A DNA stretch of 34,482 nt from Toensbergia leucococca (taxonomy: Eukaryota), in assembly GCA_022813965.1 (NCBI GenBank), contig JALDZS010000229.1, positions 1 to 34,482 of the forward strand, given 5' to 3'. A program made the translations under genes and the position numbers. The notes beneath the pieces are model-generated. The model was not told the DNA's origin and made no database searches. It saw only the letters and a program-made list of their open reading frames with translations. Of the stretch, positions 1 to 11,599 are shown in pieces (the stretch's first letter is position 1; each line of letters opens with the position of its first letter).

Positions 1-580
1 ACGGTTGAATTGATGTTCGTACTCGTAGAATAGATGAAAATCACGATAAATGGCCTGTTCTATGCCAAGCCGCAGTTCCTACGTTGGCCATTTGCAATAC
101 TTTAAAAATTGACCTCGTACTATTCGAGGATTGGACATCTGACATATCTACGAGTACAAAATTGACATAGCCAGCCTTAGACCCCTATAAATATCATGGC
201 TCATTATCGAACTCATAGAAACAAGAATTTGCAGCACTCAAGCCCTCCTTCATCCATCCTACTCTTCAAATGTGTCAAACTCGTTGTTCATTGCCTTCAA
301 ACCCTGTAATCTTTCATGGTGAATTGTGTATCTCAGAGTGCTATCACTCCTATGTTCTATTACTTGCCTCAATGAATGTTCTTGATCATGACTGTCGTCA
401 CATTTCCCAAATACATAAGAAGGGGCCAAACGCTGTGTCCAATACTTTCTCAGTGTCCCTAACAAGCCTCACGAATAGCAGCAAGCCTCATAACCTACAC
501 AAGACTCCAATCTACAATTATCGGTCCCCACTTCCTGAAAATCCAAACTCAATCCTCAATACGAAGCCCATCCTCCAATC

Positions 581-1079
581 ATGCAGACGCTGCTCTTCCT
601 CACCAATGGCCTCCTCTCCTTCAGCTTCCTCATCACCACGGCCTGCGCAGAGCCTAGTACCACAACCCTCACTGGCCAACAAGTCCGTCTCCAGCCCCTT
701 TCAAAAATCCCCAGAAAAGCCATAAACCCCCAACTAATCATTTTCTCAGGCATCCCAGGTCGTTCAAGCGCAGAATTCATATTTCAGCTCCATAATGACC
801 CAATCCGCCTACAAATCTGCCAATGCCTTTGTCCTTGCCGCCGACGACAATTTTGGCTTGGACTTTGTTATGTCTGTTGCCACGGCTACGAGTACTGATT
901 ATCCTGCCTGGTGGACAGAATTGCCGAAAGACGTGCAAGGCTATTTTTCAAGTGTCGGTCGAGCTGAGTATAGCATCGCTACAGCCATAGTCCAAGGGGG
1001 CGCTCCAAGGCAGACAGGAGCATTGGTGGCTGCAGGTGCCGCTGCTGTCGGGATAGTAGGGCTTGCGGCAGCGCTGTGA
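581..1079 (+). CDS. Small secreted, probably GPI-anchored cell-surface protein (2 exons: 581-682, 750-1079)
   Basis: Signal-peptide-like start MQTLLFLTNGLLSFSFLITTACA. The intron 683-749 (GTCCGT...CTAAT...CAG, phase 0) joins in frame to ORF 795..1079. Has a PAWWTELPKDVQGYFSS motif and ends in a hydrophobic GPI-signal-like tail GAPRQTGALVAAGAAAVGIVGLAAAL. Confidence 0.75.
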
Positions 1080-1778
1080 GGAACTTTGTTTTGTGTTCGT
1101 GCAAGATTCGAAAGTGAATGGGCGAATGCTGCTTTTTTGACGTGAATGCTCGATTCAGAATTCAAGATACATGCTTTCTTTTCCACTTCCCAGGAGTCAA
1201 TGTTGCAGAGCCCGAGATTTTAGTCCTTTGGACTAAAATTCAGCTCATAATTGCATCCTGTCCACAATGTAGTTGGATTGCTTGACTCACTATCAATGCT
1301 CTTAAGTCAATTTCCCAATTGTCCGTCCGCCTAGAACTGTGTTTCTTTATTGGCACAGGTTGCCAGTCTCACAAATTAAAATTTCATAGGTGGCTGGGCC
1401 TCACCTGCCAGTCATGATCGAGTGTCTCCCGGCTTGAACGTAAGTGATGCAAGCGCTGTCTACTGACGCATCTAGATTATGGATTGAAATAGAATGCTTC
1501 CTTTAGCAGTGAATCGCGGTTGAAAAGGAGGTTGAACAAAGACACAAGATGTAATCGCGTTCTTTGAATAAAAAGACTGAAAGTAAGAATACATAACGCT
1601 GCCCAAATATAAACACCATGCGCTCAAGGATATATAACCAAAGACAGAGAAGTGATGAATAACCCCGACGCCGAAGTGATATGCAACTCCTACCGGTCCG
1701 AATGTATTCTTAATCCCGCTTCTAAGTCTCGTAAAGTCATGTCAATACCATAATGGAAAAGAAACTGTTTGACTGTGC

Positions 1779-3781
1779 TCAACGCCGCTCGTGTTCCTGC
1801 ATCGATCTGAGTCTCCTCTCCAGATCTGGGCCAATATGGCTTTGCTGCTCTGTGATTCGGACAGGTCGTTCAGAGGGGCTCCCAGCGGTGTGAACTTGGC
1901 CAGGGAATTGCGGCATTGAAGGTGGAGGATTTCCTGGAACGCTTACGGCTGCTAGATAATTTGGTAGACCATTACCGAAAGGCGTCCGTAATGGTGTCTG
2001 AAGTGCCGTGGAATAGCTGGGAACCTTGGATAAGTCTTCTGTATAGAATTCAATATGTTGAGGTATCCCTGAAGGTGCATTGTCCTCTGCTGATCCTCGA
2101 CGTGTATGCGACTGGCTGTGTGGTTGACTATTTTCTTCTGAGTGAGAGGAGATATCGCGGCGAGGGTGCGAATTTGGTGAATGTTGCAATTGATCTTCCT
2201 GCGTACTAGAGCTTTGTGAAGCATTTCTGGATGATGCAAGGTCAGGTGGAGATGTATGCGAGCCCCCTTGAGACTCCCGGTTTAAATTTTCTAAGCTGTG
2301 GAGACGCGCATGAAGCATATTCGCCGTGGTGTTGTTTGCTGTGATTGCATCCATAGAGACTAGGTCTTCCGTAGAACCGCTCCGACTTAGCGAGTAAAGA
2401 GGAGTCTGCATGCCGCTTGGCCCACTAGGAGTCATGTAGCCACTCGGATCAACATCACTGTAGAGTTGATCGAAATGGTGCTCCCCATAAACAGGTGGTG
2501 GACAATTGCCTATATTGGCCAAGGTCTGTGCGGTTCGTGGATCTTGATTGATTAAATTGTTGTTATCATCCAGAGGGAGATTTGGAGATATAAAGATGTG
2601 TACTGGCAAGGTGGCACGAAGCTTCCTTGTGCGTGAGCATGAATTCAACAAGATCCATGGCGAAAGTACTTACTTCGGAGAGGTGGCCGTCTGGATTATG
2701 AAGTTGAACATTAAAAGCCAGGCTATGCTTGATTTTGATACCCTTTGCTTCAACTGTTTGAACACATTTTCGTAAGCTCTTGGGGATTGCAATAGCCCTC
2801 GTGAACCTATAACCCTCCTCCCCTTCAATTTCCTCAGCCTCGGCGTTGTCAGAAAGCTGTGAAGTGTCCTCAGCGACAGTCCGGCTGAGTTTACGACGCT
2901 TGTTTTCCCGTGGAGCCTCAAAGCTCAACTCCTGCGCCTCGATGAGCTCTATCAGGATCCTGCCAATCGTCAAGCCTTTTAGAAGAGGTATTAAAGTGAA
3001 GTCGGTGTATATGGATGTTCCAAACATGACAGCTTTTTGCGGTGTACTGATCGAATATCTCAGTTTTTCTGGCCAGATGTTCTCAACGGCCTACAGCTAT
3101 AAGCTACCAGCCAAGACGTGTGACTTCTAGAAAGACTCACCATTTCGTGAGCAAGTTCCAAGGCAGTAGGATCGAACGTTCTAATAAGTCGAACGTGTTT
3201 CCGAGCGTACATGTTTGTTTGGAGCATGCCCCTTTCTATGGTAGCCTTCATCCGATACACGATCCAGCTTTCTGCCAATCCTTCGACGCTCTCTGGAGTA
3301 TCGCCTGGTATTATCTTTTCGAAAGGAAATTCGTAATTGCCGGCGGCAAGAATCTCCGTAGATCTCTTCCCGGGTTTGACAAAGGTCCAGCTCTCGCGGA
3401 AGAACTCTCGCTCGTTCTTCAAGTACCCAGATCTCGAACCACTGTAAGGCCAGCTACCGATTGAGTCAGCCCCGCCCACAGGTCTGGCAGCATTCGGTCA
3501 AATGATACCTTACTCGCTGCTCGCCCGTCAGTCGCATATGTATGTCTTGGACTCGCAGCGGTTCGGACAGGCAGAGAACAAGTGTCCCCTTGAGCAAAGC
3601 ACTTGTGGCATCATTCTCGGGCCCTCGAAGGATCAGGTTGTTTTGGTCGAGCCTTTGTCGATTTCATTTGTCAGTCCATGTCTTACAAAGCTGACTCTCA
3701 TAAGGAAGCGTACCTGATTTCAAAATACTTTACACTGCTTGGATTGTTGGCACTGCTACTGCTCAAGAAGCTGAGAGCCAT
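1779..3781 (-). CDS. creD: Alpha-arrestin, HECT ubiquitin ligase (Rsp5/HulA) adaptor CreD (Rod1/Art4-like), 5 exons
   Basis: Start MALSFLSSSSANNPSSVKYFEIR at 3781; introns 3713-3653, 3508-3454, 3140-3091, 2673-2622. Arrestin motifs LVLCLSEPL, GNYEFPFE..IPGDTPESVEGL, VENIWPEKLRYSISTPQKAVMFG, NPDGHLSELRATLPV. PY-type motifs PPPVYGEH, VPSY, LPNY. Confidence 0.92.
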
Positions 3782-5362
3782 GGAAAATGGTCGGGCACAG
3801 ACCAGGTCTGGAATTATTACTTAGAAAGCTAGTGGTGAAGTAATTAAGAGAATGAAAATATCAAACACAAGGACTAAATAGATGAGGAAAGGACAGAGTA
3901 AGGCAAAGGAAATAATTTAGTTGAATACGACCAGACGAGTTCAATCAAGGAATAGTATGAGATAATGGAAGCTATGGAGTAGATACCTATCGGAAAGTGA
4001 CGCATGCCGAAGAGAGGCAGTATTTTCTGCGCCCCCCTGCACGACCGCCGATTCGCTGATGCCCTAGCAAGGGTGACAAACGTTAATTCAACCCTGCATA
4101 TCACTTTTTCACAGAGTCGCCAGGGAGGCAAGTCTCCTTTCCAACCCATGAAGAAGAGGAGGAAAATTGCGATATGTTTCTCAGCAGGCCAGAAGACAAC
4201 CTTCTTCGGGATACCAGTCACTTCATCCCCCAGGGCGGCTGACGGCGGATGGTCATGCCAGGTTTCAGCTACATAGCACTGCCCTGTCTCACTCCTCATC
4301 TTATCTTATCTCCTCCCTGCATCTTGTCGCACCTTTCAGAACATACCTTTTGACCCACATTCTCCTTTCTACCGACATGACTCCGTAATGGTATCCACAG
4401 TGCATGGTTGACAGACCCAATTAGTGACACCTTTATGAAGACTCGCCGTGATTGCTTTTTGGTGTGCTTGAGTCATCTAGAATTTCTCATCGCTTGACTG
4501 CATCAAACGTCATCCCTTGCCTGCTCAGGTCTCAAGGACCTCCACGGTGTTATGAACTGAGAAATTGTTTCCATGGTTGTACTTATTAGAAGATCTGGTT
4601 CTGCATGCCACAATTGCCATGTTTCAGAGCCGGTCATTCCGACAATGAGAGACAGGCCACATCTCCCTAGTCATGCCGGACAGTGGAGAAAAGAGTGAAA
4701 GAGTTGCGAGACATATACAATCACAATTTTTCTCTTTGAAGGATCTCTGACCCCATAGTTGTTAGTACTTTCAGCCCCAGGAAATGTGAGATCAATGAAA
4801 ATGGCATGGATGGTACGAGTATAGTGTCTCAACCAAATCAAAAGCATTAAGAAGCAATATCATAGGTATAGGGCGAAGACAATTGAGGGCCAAACCAAAG
4901 AGAGTTGGGAACTACCATGGAAATCCAATCAAAATCATCGGGACCGAAATTCGGGACATGTATTCTGGATCAGGGGTAGAAAAAGTGCTCCTGGCTAGAT
5001 TGTAATATGAAGGCCTCGAATTGTTTCATGTGAAAGCTGTACCCACCTGAAGATGTAGATTTTCACATAATTTTTCTATCATGAATTCAGGGACAAATTA
5101 CACTGCTCGGCGCTGATGTTGACAAATCAAAACACTACAGCAGAAATACCGAAATAGGTGCAGCTTACTTCCAAGGCTCTCAAAAATTACTTCTGCTCTA
5201 TACGGCCGTCACTTCCACCAGTCATGAACCGTCCCAACAATGCAGATGTAGGTAAAATGCTTGGAAATGAACATGATGCTTTGTACTCAAGTTGTATGGT
5301 ATCATTGTTACATGGTCAAACCCTTTATATCCGAGAGGAAGGACAGCATACCTTAGTGGAAT

Positions 5363-7591
5363 TCAAAAGTCGCCACCAGTACCGGGTAAGTTTATCTGAC
5401 TACCGTTGATTCCCTCCTTGGGTCGATCCCAAGTACGGACATGACCTTCGGTACAAGCAGTGATTATACAGTCTTCTTCGAACCCTATCCAACACAGTGG
5501 GTCGTCGTCGACGGATTTGGACTTTTGGAGTTAGCATCAGCAACGGTCTAATGCTATAGATATGATCATAACTAACCATTACTGGAGGTAGCTCAGCTGT
5601 CAGCGTCCTCGACTCAACGGGATGTTCGATCAAGTCTTCTCCGTCGGAACTCTGAGTGGTCAAATTCGAACTTGAGCGTAGCCTTGCGGTAATCTGGCTC
5701 TCTGTTCGATTGCGAGATGCAGGTATGTAAGAGGAGACACTGCTCCTCTGTCGGACGGACGCCTATCAAAGTCAGTCGGTGCTCGAAGTGTCCGAAATGA
5801 AGAATTCGAGAAGATTGAGGCCTACCGCTTTTGGCCGATGCAGCATTCCAACATTGAAATCCCAAAGGAGCAACCTGCGATCCTCGCCAACACTACCAAA
5901 TCGGTAGTTTCGCTCGTCACACCTCCATGGGTCGAACGCGACAGCTGTGACCCATGAGTGGTGACCAGGGCATCGAGCAACGATTCGACGTTCTGCGAGC
6001 GACCAGATCGATACCAGATCGTCTTGACCACCAGTCAAAACATATTTACCATCTGGTGACCAGCAAACACACGCAAAGCCGCCGTAGTAGCTTGTGTACA
6101 AATCTGTAAGCCTAAGACAACATGTTAGCCTAGAGCAGTGGTCTCAAGTGCTACGTACAACACTTACCGTTCTTTCAAATAATCTACAATCTGCAAGGTG
6201 CCGTCTTCAGAGACCACAGCCATATGTCGACTATCTGGTGAAAAGCTAAAAGCATTGATTCGATGATTTGAAATTTTCCACGCAGCCACTGGATTGGCTT
6301 TTTGATTTCTTGAATTAACAGACTTATTTATGTGCAAAACCTTGGGCTCCGTCTCAAGGCCATTCTTTTCGCTTGTAGAGGAGCCATTTTCTTCAGGTAC
6401 AAAAGCGACATCATCCCTTTCTTTATCATAAACAATCAGATTACCATCCATATGTGAGACTAAAAACAGATTCTCCGAACCAGGAATCCAGCGAATCTCA
6501 GATACAGGCGAAGCATTAATGATGCCCTAGGCTTCATGAGCATACAATCAATGTCATTTCCCAAGGCCACTTACATTCTTGTTGATACGATTGTATTTTT
6601 GCGAGAAAGGCTCATACCATAGGATGTCTGCAGTTGACGAGCCTAGAATGACGTCCAGGTGACTAGCAGTCTTTGTCAAAGGATTTACATCATGGCAAAG
6701 GATGTGCGCTTTGGTAAATAATATCTTTGTGATAGGTTCGGCCTGAGGTAAGCATTAGTCCTAGTCCTGGAAGAGGAGAAAGCCAAGGCACCTTGGCGTT
6801 GGGTGTATTGGTGGAAGACAGGTCTAGCCATTGGAATGCTCGATTGATATTCACGAATGCAAAACGACCTTCTGAATTGTGCTCCTGCAGACGTTTGCTC
6901 ATGGCTTCATGGGGAATAACACGAGAAATGAAAGATGAGTTGCTTTTAACCATATTGGTCTTGGGCTTTCTTCGCTTGAAGCCATCTTTGACGGCAACTG
7001 TGATCAACAGAGGATTGCCCTCGCCGAAAGCTGGTGCTTTTCCCGGTGTCCTGGTGCCAAACGGTGGAGGCCCAAGGCCGTCACTAGCTGTCTCATTGGA
7101 GTTTCTTGACTCCCTTTCACTCTCTTTGATGCTGTAAGTGGCTAGGTTTGATCTAGTGCTATCTGCCGTGATGACCTTATAAAGCTGGGGTGTCACCTTG
7201 CGAGGGCTTATGATAACGCAAGAGAGCTTTACGACTGCAATTGGCGGGCTTGGTGTCGTGGCTAGAGGATTTGGGTTTGTGGTGGGTGCTTCTGAGGGGT
7301 GTGGTGGTGGTGTAGCAAGGTGTAGATGATCTCGGAGGACGTAAGTACCTATAACTCGCCATCAGGCCGAGCACAAGGCTTTGGGTCACTGCCGATTACC
7401 TTCACCAACAGCCAATTGGTACTCATTGCCAGACGGGTGGGTCAAAATATTGTTTGTCTCGACCAGGGGTGTAGCCATGCCATTCGGTCCAACATTTGCA
7501 TTTGGGTATCGTGGGGGAGGGGGAAGGACACTGCTGGCGTATGAGTATTGTCTCCCAGATATGATTGGTTGGGATTCAAGACCCACAACAT
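5363..7591 (-). CDS. creC: WD40-repeat catabolite repression protein CreC (CreB deubiquitinase partner), multi-exon
   Basis: Spliced N-terminus [11 protein letters not shown]...[10 protein letters not shown]...[48 protein letters not shown]40 repeats [61 protein letters not shown]. Last exon ends [12 protein letters not shown]...GGDF* with the stop at 5363-5365. Confidence 0.93.
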
Positions 7592-8319
7592 GGCGATAAT
7601 GTAGGCCGATAAGAGCCCGTCGGCTAACGTCTTAATTTTCTATGATGGGCAATAGATTTGAATTGGTCCGCGTACAACAAATTGTCGTGGATGGTTAAAA
7701 TTTCATAGACATGAAGGAGTGAAGGCTTCGGTGGGTCGAGTACGAGGTCATAAGGATAGAATATTCTATCCGTACAAGGATGGTACCTGTGGTGCCTGAT
7801 TGCATCTTCCGAAACTTCCTTTATCGCCGCCATATCCGATGCACATCACGTCTACTTTCATGCCACGAAGCCATGCCTCTAATAACCTCAACCTCGAACG
7901 ACATTCATATTCCCTCCCTCCTGCTAACCTGATTATGCTATACCTACTTGAATGCCAATAGGTTAGATCTAATGGTCCTTGGTACAAAGATGGCAGCCCT
8001 TGACAATTCTCAATCGCGTCTGCGAAAATGAGGTTAAAACACCAATCCTTCTACTTTCAAGATCACCGCTAACAACAATATCATAGACATCGGGAAACCA
8101 AGCTTGAAACTCTCTCTCTCGTGACCTGATTTTTCAGCGACAAATATCTCTTCTTCACCCCAACCTCATACCACTTACTCGAACACAACGCCATCCCACT
8201 GGGCACCTCGAGGTGTTTGATCGAGGACTTGTTAGACGAAGGTAGCTTGGTGAGTGAAGTTGAAAGAGCGAGTGGTCGCTCATTAGTTGGCCGCTTGAGT
8301 ATGATTAGTGGAGTTGAAA
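7592..8319. promoter_or_regulatory. Divergent (bidirectional) creC/gem1 intergenic promoter region
   Basis: Head-to-head start codons at 7591 (-) and 8320 (+), about 730 bp apart. Confidence 0.55.
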
Positions 8320-10209
8320 ATGGTTTCCCCTATACAAATCTGTGTTTTAGGGGATAACGAAGTCGGCAAAAGCTCGATAATTGGGGCCTTCGTAAAAGAT
8401 GTATTCGTTTCGACCAGAATCCAGCCCGTGCTTCCCCAAATCACCATTCCTCCAAGCATAGGCACGCCGGAAAATGTGACTACCACTATCGTCGATACCT
8501 CTAGTCTACCACAAGAGCGTACCAACCTAAACAAAGAAATAAGAAAGTCAAATGTCATTCTCCTGGTGTATTCTGATCATTATAGCTATGAGCGGGTGGC
8601 GCTCTTTTGGATGCCGCATTTCAGATCTCTAGGCGTTAATGTGCCAGTGGTCTTATGCGCCAACAAGTCAGACCTATCTGCGAATGGCAATACCGCACAA
8701 GTGGTGGAGGATGAGATGCTCCCTGTCATGGCCGAATTCAAGGAGATTGATTCCTGTATTCGAACGAGCGCGAGGGAACATCATAACGTCAACGAAGTCT
8801 TTTTCCTCTGTCAAAAAGCAGTCACAGACCCCATAGCCCCCTTGTTCGATTCTAAAGAGTCAAATCTCAAACCAGCATGTGTATCCGCCTTACAAAGAAT
8901 CTTTTATCTATGTGATCGTGACAAAAACGGTTACCTAAGTAACCAAGAAATCCACGACTTCCAAACCAAATGCTTTGGCAAACCCCTCGGTGACGATGAT
9001 CTCGAAAATATCAAGCAAGCCATCCAGAAGCACTCCTCCACCGCCGTGACTGACAAAGGCATCACCGAACAAGGATTCATCCTCCTCAACAAAATCTTCG
9101 CCGAAAAGGGCCGTCACGAGACCGTCTGGATCATCCTCCGCACCTTCCACTACACAGACAGCCTTAGCCTTCGCGAAAGCTTCCTCCATCCCCGCTTCGA
9201 CGTCCCGGAGCACACGTCAGCCGAACTCTCACCAATCGGCTATCGCTTCTTCGTCGACCTTTTCCTCCTCTTCGACAAAGACAACGACGGCGGCCTCAAC
9301 CCTTCCGAACTCTCCGCCCTATTCGCGCCAACCCCCGGCCTGCCCCACCCCTGGCTCGACGCCTCCTTCCCCTCCTCCACCGTCCGCACCGAAGCCGGCC
9401 ATATTACCCTCCAAGGCTGGCTTGCCCAATGGAGTATGACAACATTCACCTCCCCCCGCACCACCCTCGCCTACCTCGCCTACCTCGGTTTCACCCCCCC
9501 CGAAGACTCCCGCCTCACCACCACCTCCGCCCTTAAATTGACCAAGTCCCGCAAACGTCGCAAACGCCCCGCCCGCGTCGAACGCTCCGTCCTCCTTGCG
9601 TACCTCCTCGGCAGCCCCGCAAGCGGTAAATCTTCCCTCCTCGACGCCTTCCTCTCCCGCCCTTTCTCCCCAACCTACCACCCCACCATCAAACCCCGCA
9701 CCGCCGTCAATACCGTCGAGCTCCCGGGGGGCAAGCAATGCTACCTCATCCTCGAAGAGCTTGGCGAACTCGAACCCGCCATCCTAGAAAACAAGTCCAA
9801 ACTCGACGCGTGCGATATCCTAGTCTACGTCTACGATTCCAGCGATCCTGACTCCTTCTCCCACATCTCCAATCTGCGCTCTCGCTATCATCATCTGGAC
9901 GGACTGCCAGCACTGTATGTAGCCCTCAAGGCAGACAATGACAAGACTATCCAGCGCGGGGAGGTGCAGCCCGATGAGTATACTGTCGGGCTAGGGATGA
10001 ACAAGCCACTGCATGTGAGTGTGACGTGGCAGAGTATATCAGAGCTGTTCGTGCAGATTGCGGAGACGGCGCTGTGGCCGAGCACGGGGTTTCCGCGGAG
10101 CGAGGAGGAGGGGGTTGACCGAACTAATTTATACATTGCCATTGGAGCGACGGTATGTGCTGGCGCGGCGTTTGTGGCGATTTGGAGGAGGGTGGGCAAA
10201 GCGGATTGA
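8320..10209 (+). CDS. gem1: Mitochondrial Rho GTPase (Miro) Gem1, intronless
   Basis: First ATG at 8320. N-terminal GTPase ([15 protein letters not shown]), two EF-hands ([24 protein letters not shown]), second GTPase (GSPASGKSS) and a C-terminal tail anchor [21 protein letters not shown]. Confidence 0.96.
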   Translation: MVSPIQICVLGDNEVGKSSIIGAFVKDVFVSTRIQPVLPQITIPPSIGTPENVTTTIVDTSSLPQERTNLNKEIRKSNVILLVYSDHYSYERVALFWMPHFRSLGVNVPVVLCANKSDLSANGNTAQVVEDEMLPVMAEFKEIDSCIRTSAREHHNVNEVFFLCQKAVTDPIAPLFDSKESNLKPACVSALQRIFYLCDRDKNGYLSNQEIHDFQTKCFGKPLGDDDLENIKQAIQKHSSTAVTDKGITEQGFILLNKIFAEKGRHETVWIILRTFHYTDSLSLRESFLHPRFDVPEHTSAELSPIGYRFFVDLFLLFDKDNDGGLNPSELSALFAPTPGLPHPWLDASFPSSTVRTEAGHITLQGWLAQWSMTTFTSPRTTLAYLAYLGFTPPEDSRLTTTSALKLTKSRKRRKRPARVERSVLLAYLLGSPASGKSSLLDAFLSRPFSPTYHPTIKPRTAVNTVELPGGKQCYLILEELGELEPAILENKSKLDACDILVYVYDSSDPDSFSHISNLRSRYHHLDGLPALYVALKADNDKTIQRGEVQPDEYTVGLGMNKPLHVSVTWQSISELFVQIAETALWPSTGFPRSEEEGVDRTNLYIAIGATVCAGAAFVAIWRRVGKAD

Positions 10210-10402
10210 GCGGTCTTGTACAAGTACGAAAGTGATACCAGTCATGCATGATTTCTGAGCAGCCTCTGTGAAAAACACAAATCTTTCAAATTCAAGGAAC
10301 CTTCTGATTAATTATCTTCGCCGTGTCAGTTCATTTACATCGCCTGGGTATCTCTATGCACTGAACGCCGCGCTATGATAGAGGTGAAGAAAATCCCCCC
10401 TT

Positions 10403-11599
10403 TTATCGATATGTGCGGCCGGGCATCTTAAAGTCGTGCAAGTCACTGCGTAGAGCCTCGGCCATACCCTCTGCCTTCCATCTCAGGATCTGTAAATCCG
10501 AAGGCTCGGGCTTCTGCACTGCTCCTCCCTCTTCGGCATCTTCCTGCTCCCCGTTGCACTCCTGTTCCGATATAGGCAGAGATTCATTCGACTGTCCAGA
10601 CTGTACGCTGCGATCATCACTGGCTTGGCTACCGTCACCTTTGCTGCCAATTGTTCCTGCGCCATCCTTCACTTTGCTCTTGTCCCTCTCTTCATCGTTT
10701 GTATCCTTGACATCCATCAATACGCCAACAAGCAGCTTCTCCTTGATGTAATGGACGGCTATCAAGTCTCCGCTGCTGAACTCCATACTAGCGCCCATGA
10801 GGACGTTTCTACGCTTTGCCACCGTGACTGAGACTGATTTAATGGGGAGTAACGTTAAACCTGTTGGGTCGAGGTGGGTGCGGGTCATTGAGGCTTCTTT
10901 GTGGCGCCAGGTGACGCCAACTTCTGCTGCCATTCTACGTGCATTAGCGATTCGGATGCCGTCGCTGTAACCAACGAGATTTCCGTAGATAGTGAGGACA
11001 CTGAGTGTTGATGTTAGTTGTGGATTTAAGCGAAGTGTGTGGTGGACGGAAAGTGGTAAAGGGGTAAAAGGTGCATACATATAGGTTGAGGCATGGTTGT
11101 CAACGTTTTCGGTCAAGAGCGCGCAGAGATTGCGGGGATTGAGCATCTTGAAATCGACGTGAGTGCCAATGTCTGCGAGGAAGATGATGCCGCAGATCAC
11201 AAGGCTATTGACTGGCCCCGGATTGAGAGAGAGGTCGAACTCCTCCAGATCCTCTGGATGGAAGCAATTTGTCAGGCCGTGTATGTCTACCTTGCCTTGT
11301 ATTTCACACTCGTTGCAGTGATGAAAAGGTTCTTTCTCGTTTTTCGTCGCAGCAATGCCAGAGACTGTAGCGAGAATGCGGCTGTTGGCGGTACGGGGGT
11401 CGGTGGTGATAGCAGGAGATTCAGAGGAATTCTGAGGCCCATAGACGACAGTGCTGACGCTGTCACTTGATGAGGAGCGACCGAATGGATAGACGACGTT
11501 GGGGGCGAAGGATACGGGCGGCTTTTTAGGAGATGGGGAGTAGTTTGGGCCAAACTCTTCGACCTGTTCAGCGAAGCGAACTTTTCGACCCTTGGACAT
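10403..11599 (-). CDS. Intronless hypothetical protein (398 aa) with a C-x2-C-x8-H-x4-C motif
   Basis: Uninterrupted ORF with ATG in a good context (ATTACAATG). S/P-rich N-terminus, globular-looking core and acidic low-complexity C-terminus. No family recognised with confidence. Confidence 0.65.
   Translation of the reverse strand: MSKGRKVRFAEQVEEFGPNYSPSPKKPPVSFAPNVVYPFGRSSSSDSVSTVVYGPQNSSESPAITTDPRTANSRILATVSGIAATKNEKEPFHHCNECEIQGKVDIHGLTNCFHPEDLEEFDLSLNPGPVNSLVICGIIFLADIGTHVDFKMLNPRNLCALLTENVDNHASTYMYAPFTPLPLSVHHTLRLNPQLTSTLSVLTIYGNLVGYSDGIRIANARRMAAEVGVTWRHKEASMTRTHLDPTGLTLLPIKSVSVTVAKRRNVLMGASMEFSSGDLIAVHYIKEKLLVGVLMDVKDTNDEERDKSKVKDGAGTIGSKGDGSQASDDRSVQSGQSNESLPISEQECNGEQEDAEEGGAVQKPEPSDLQILRWKAEGMAEALRSDLHDFKMPGRTYR

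Noticed and set aside
270..725. 151-aa ORF overlapping the GPI-protein gene
   Set aside because: It spans promoter, exon 1 in the wrong frame and intron; the spliced 581-1079 model explains the region better.
3874..4388. ORFs upstream of creD (141, 90 and 73 aa)
   Set aside because: No recognisable domains or coding-like composition; the location fits the creD promoter and 5' UTR.
4200..4800. CreA (SYGGRG) and PacC (GCCARG) hexamers upstream of creD
   Set aside because: Degenerate hexamers at a density not distinguishable from chance without conservation data.
8935..9738. Antisense ORFs inside gem1, and similar ones inside HOT, scp160, ste20 and hse1
   Set aside because: Shadow ORFs caused by C/G-biased codon usage of the real genes; no independent motifs.
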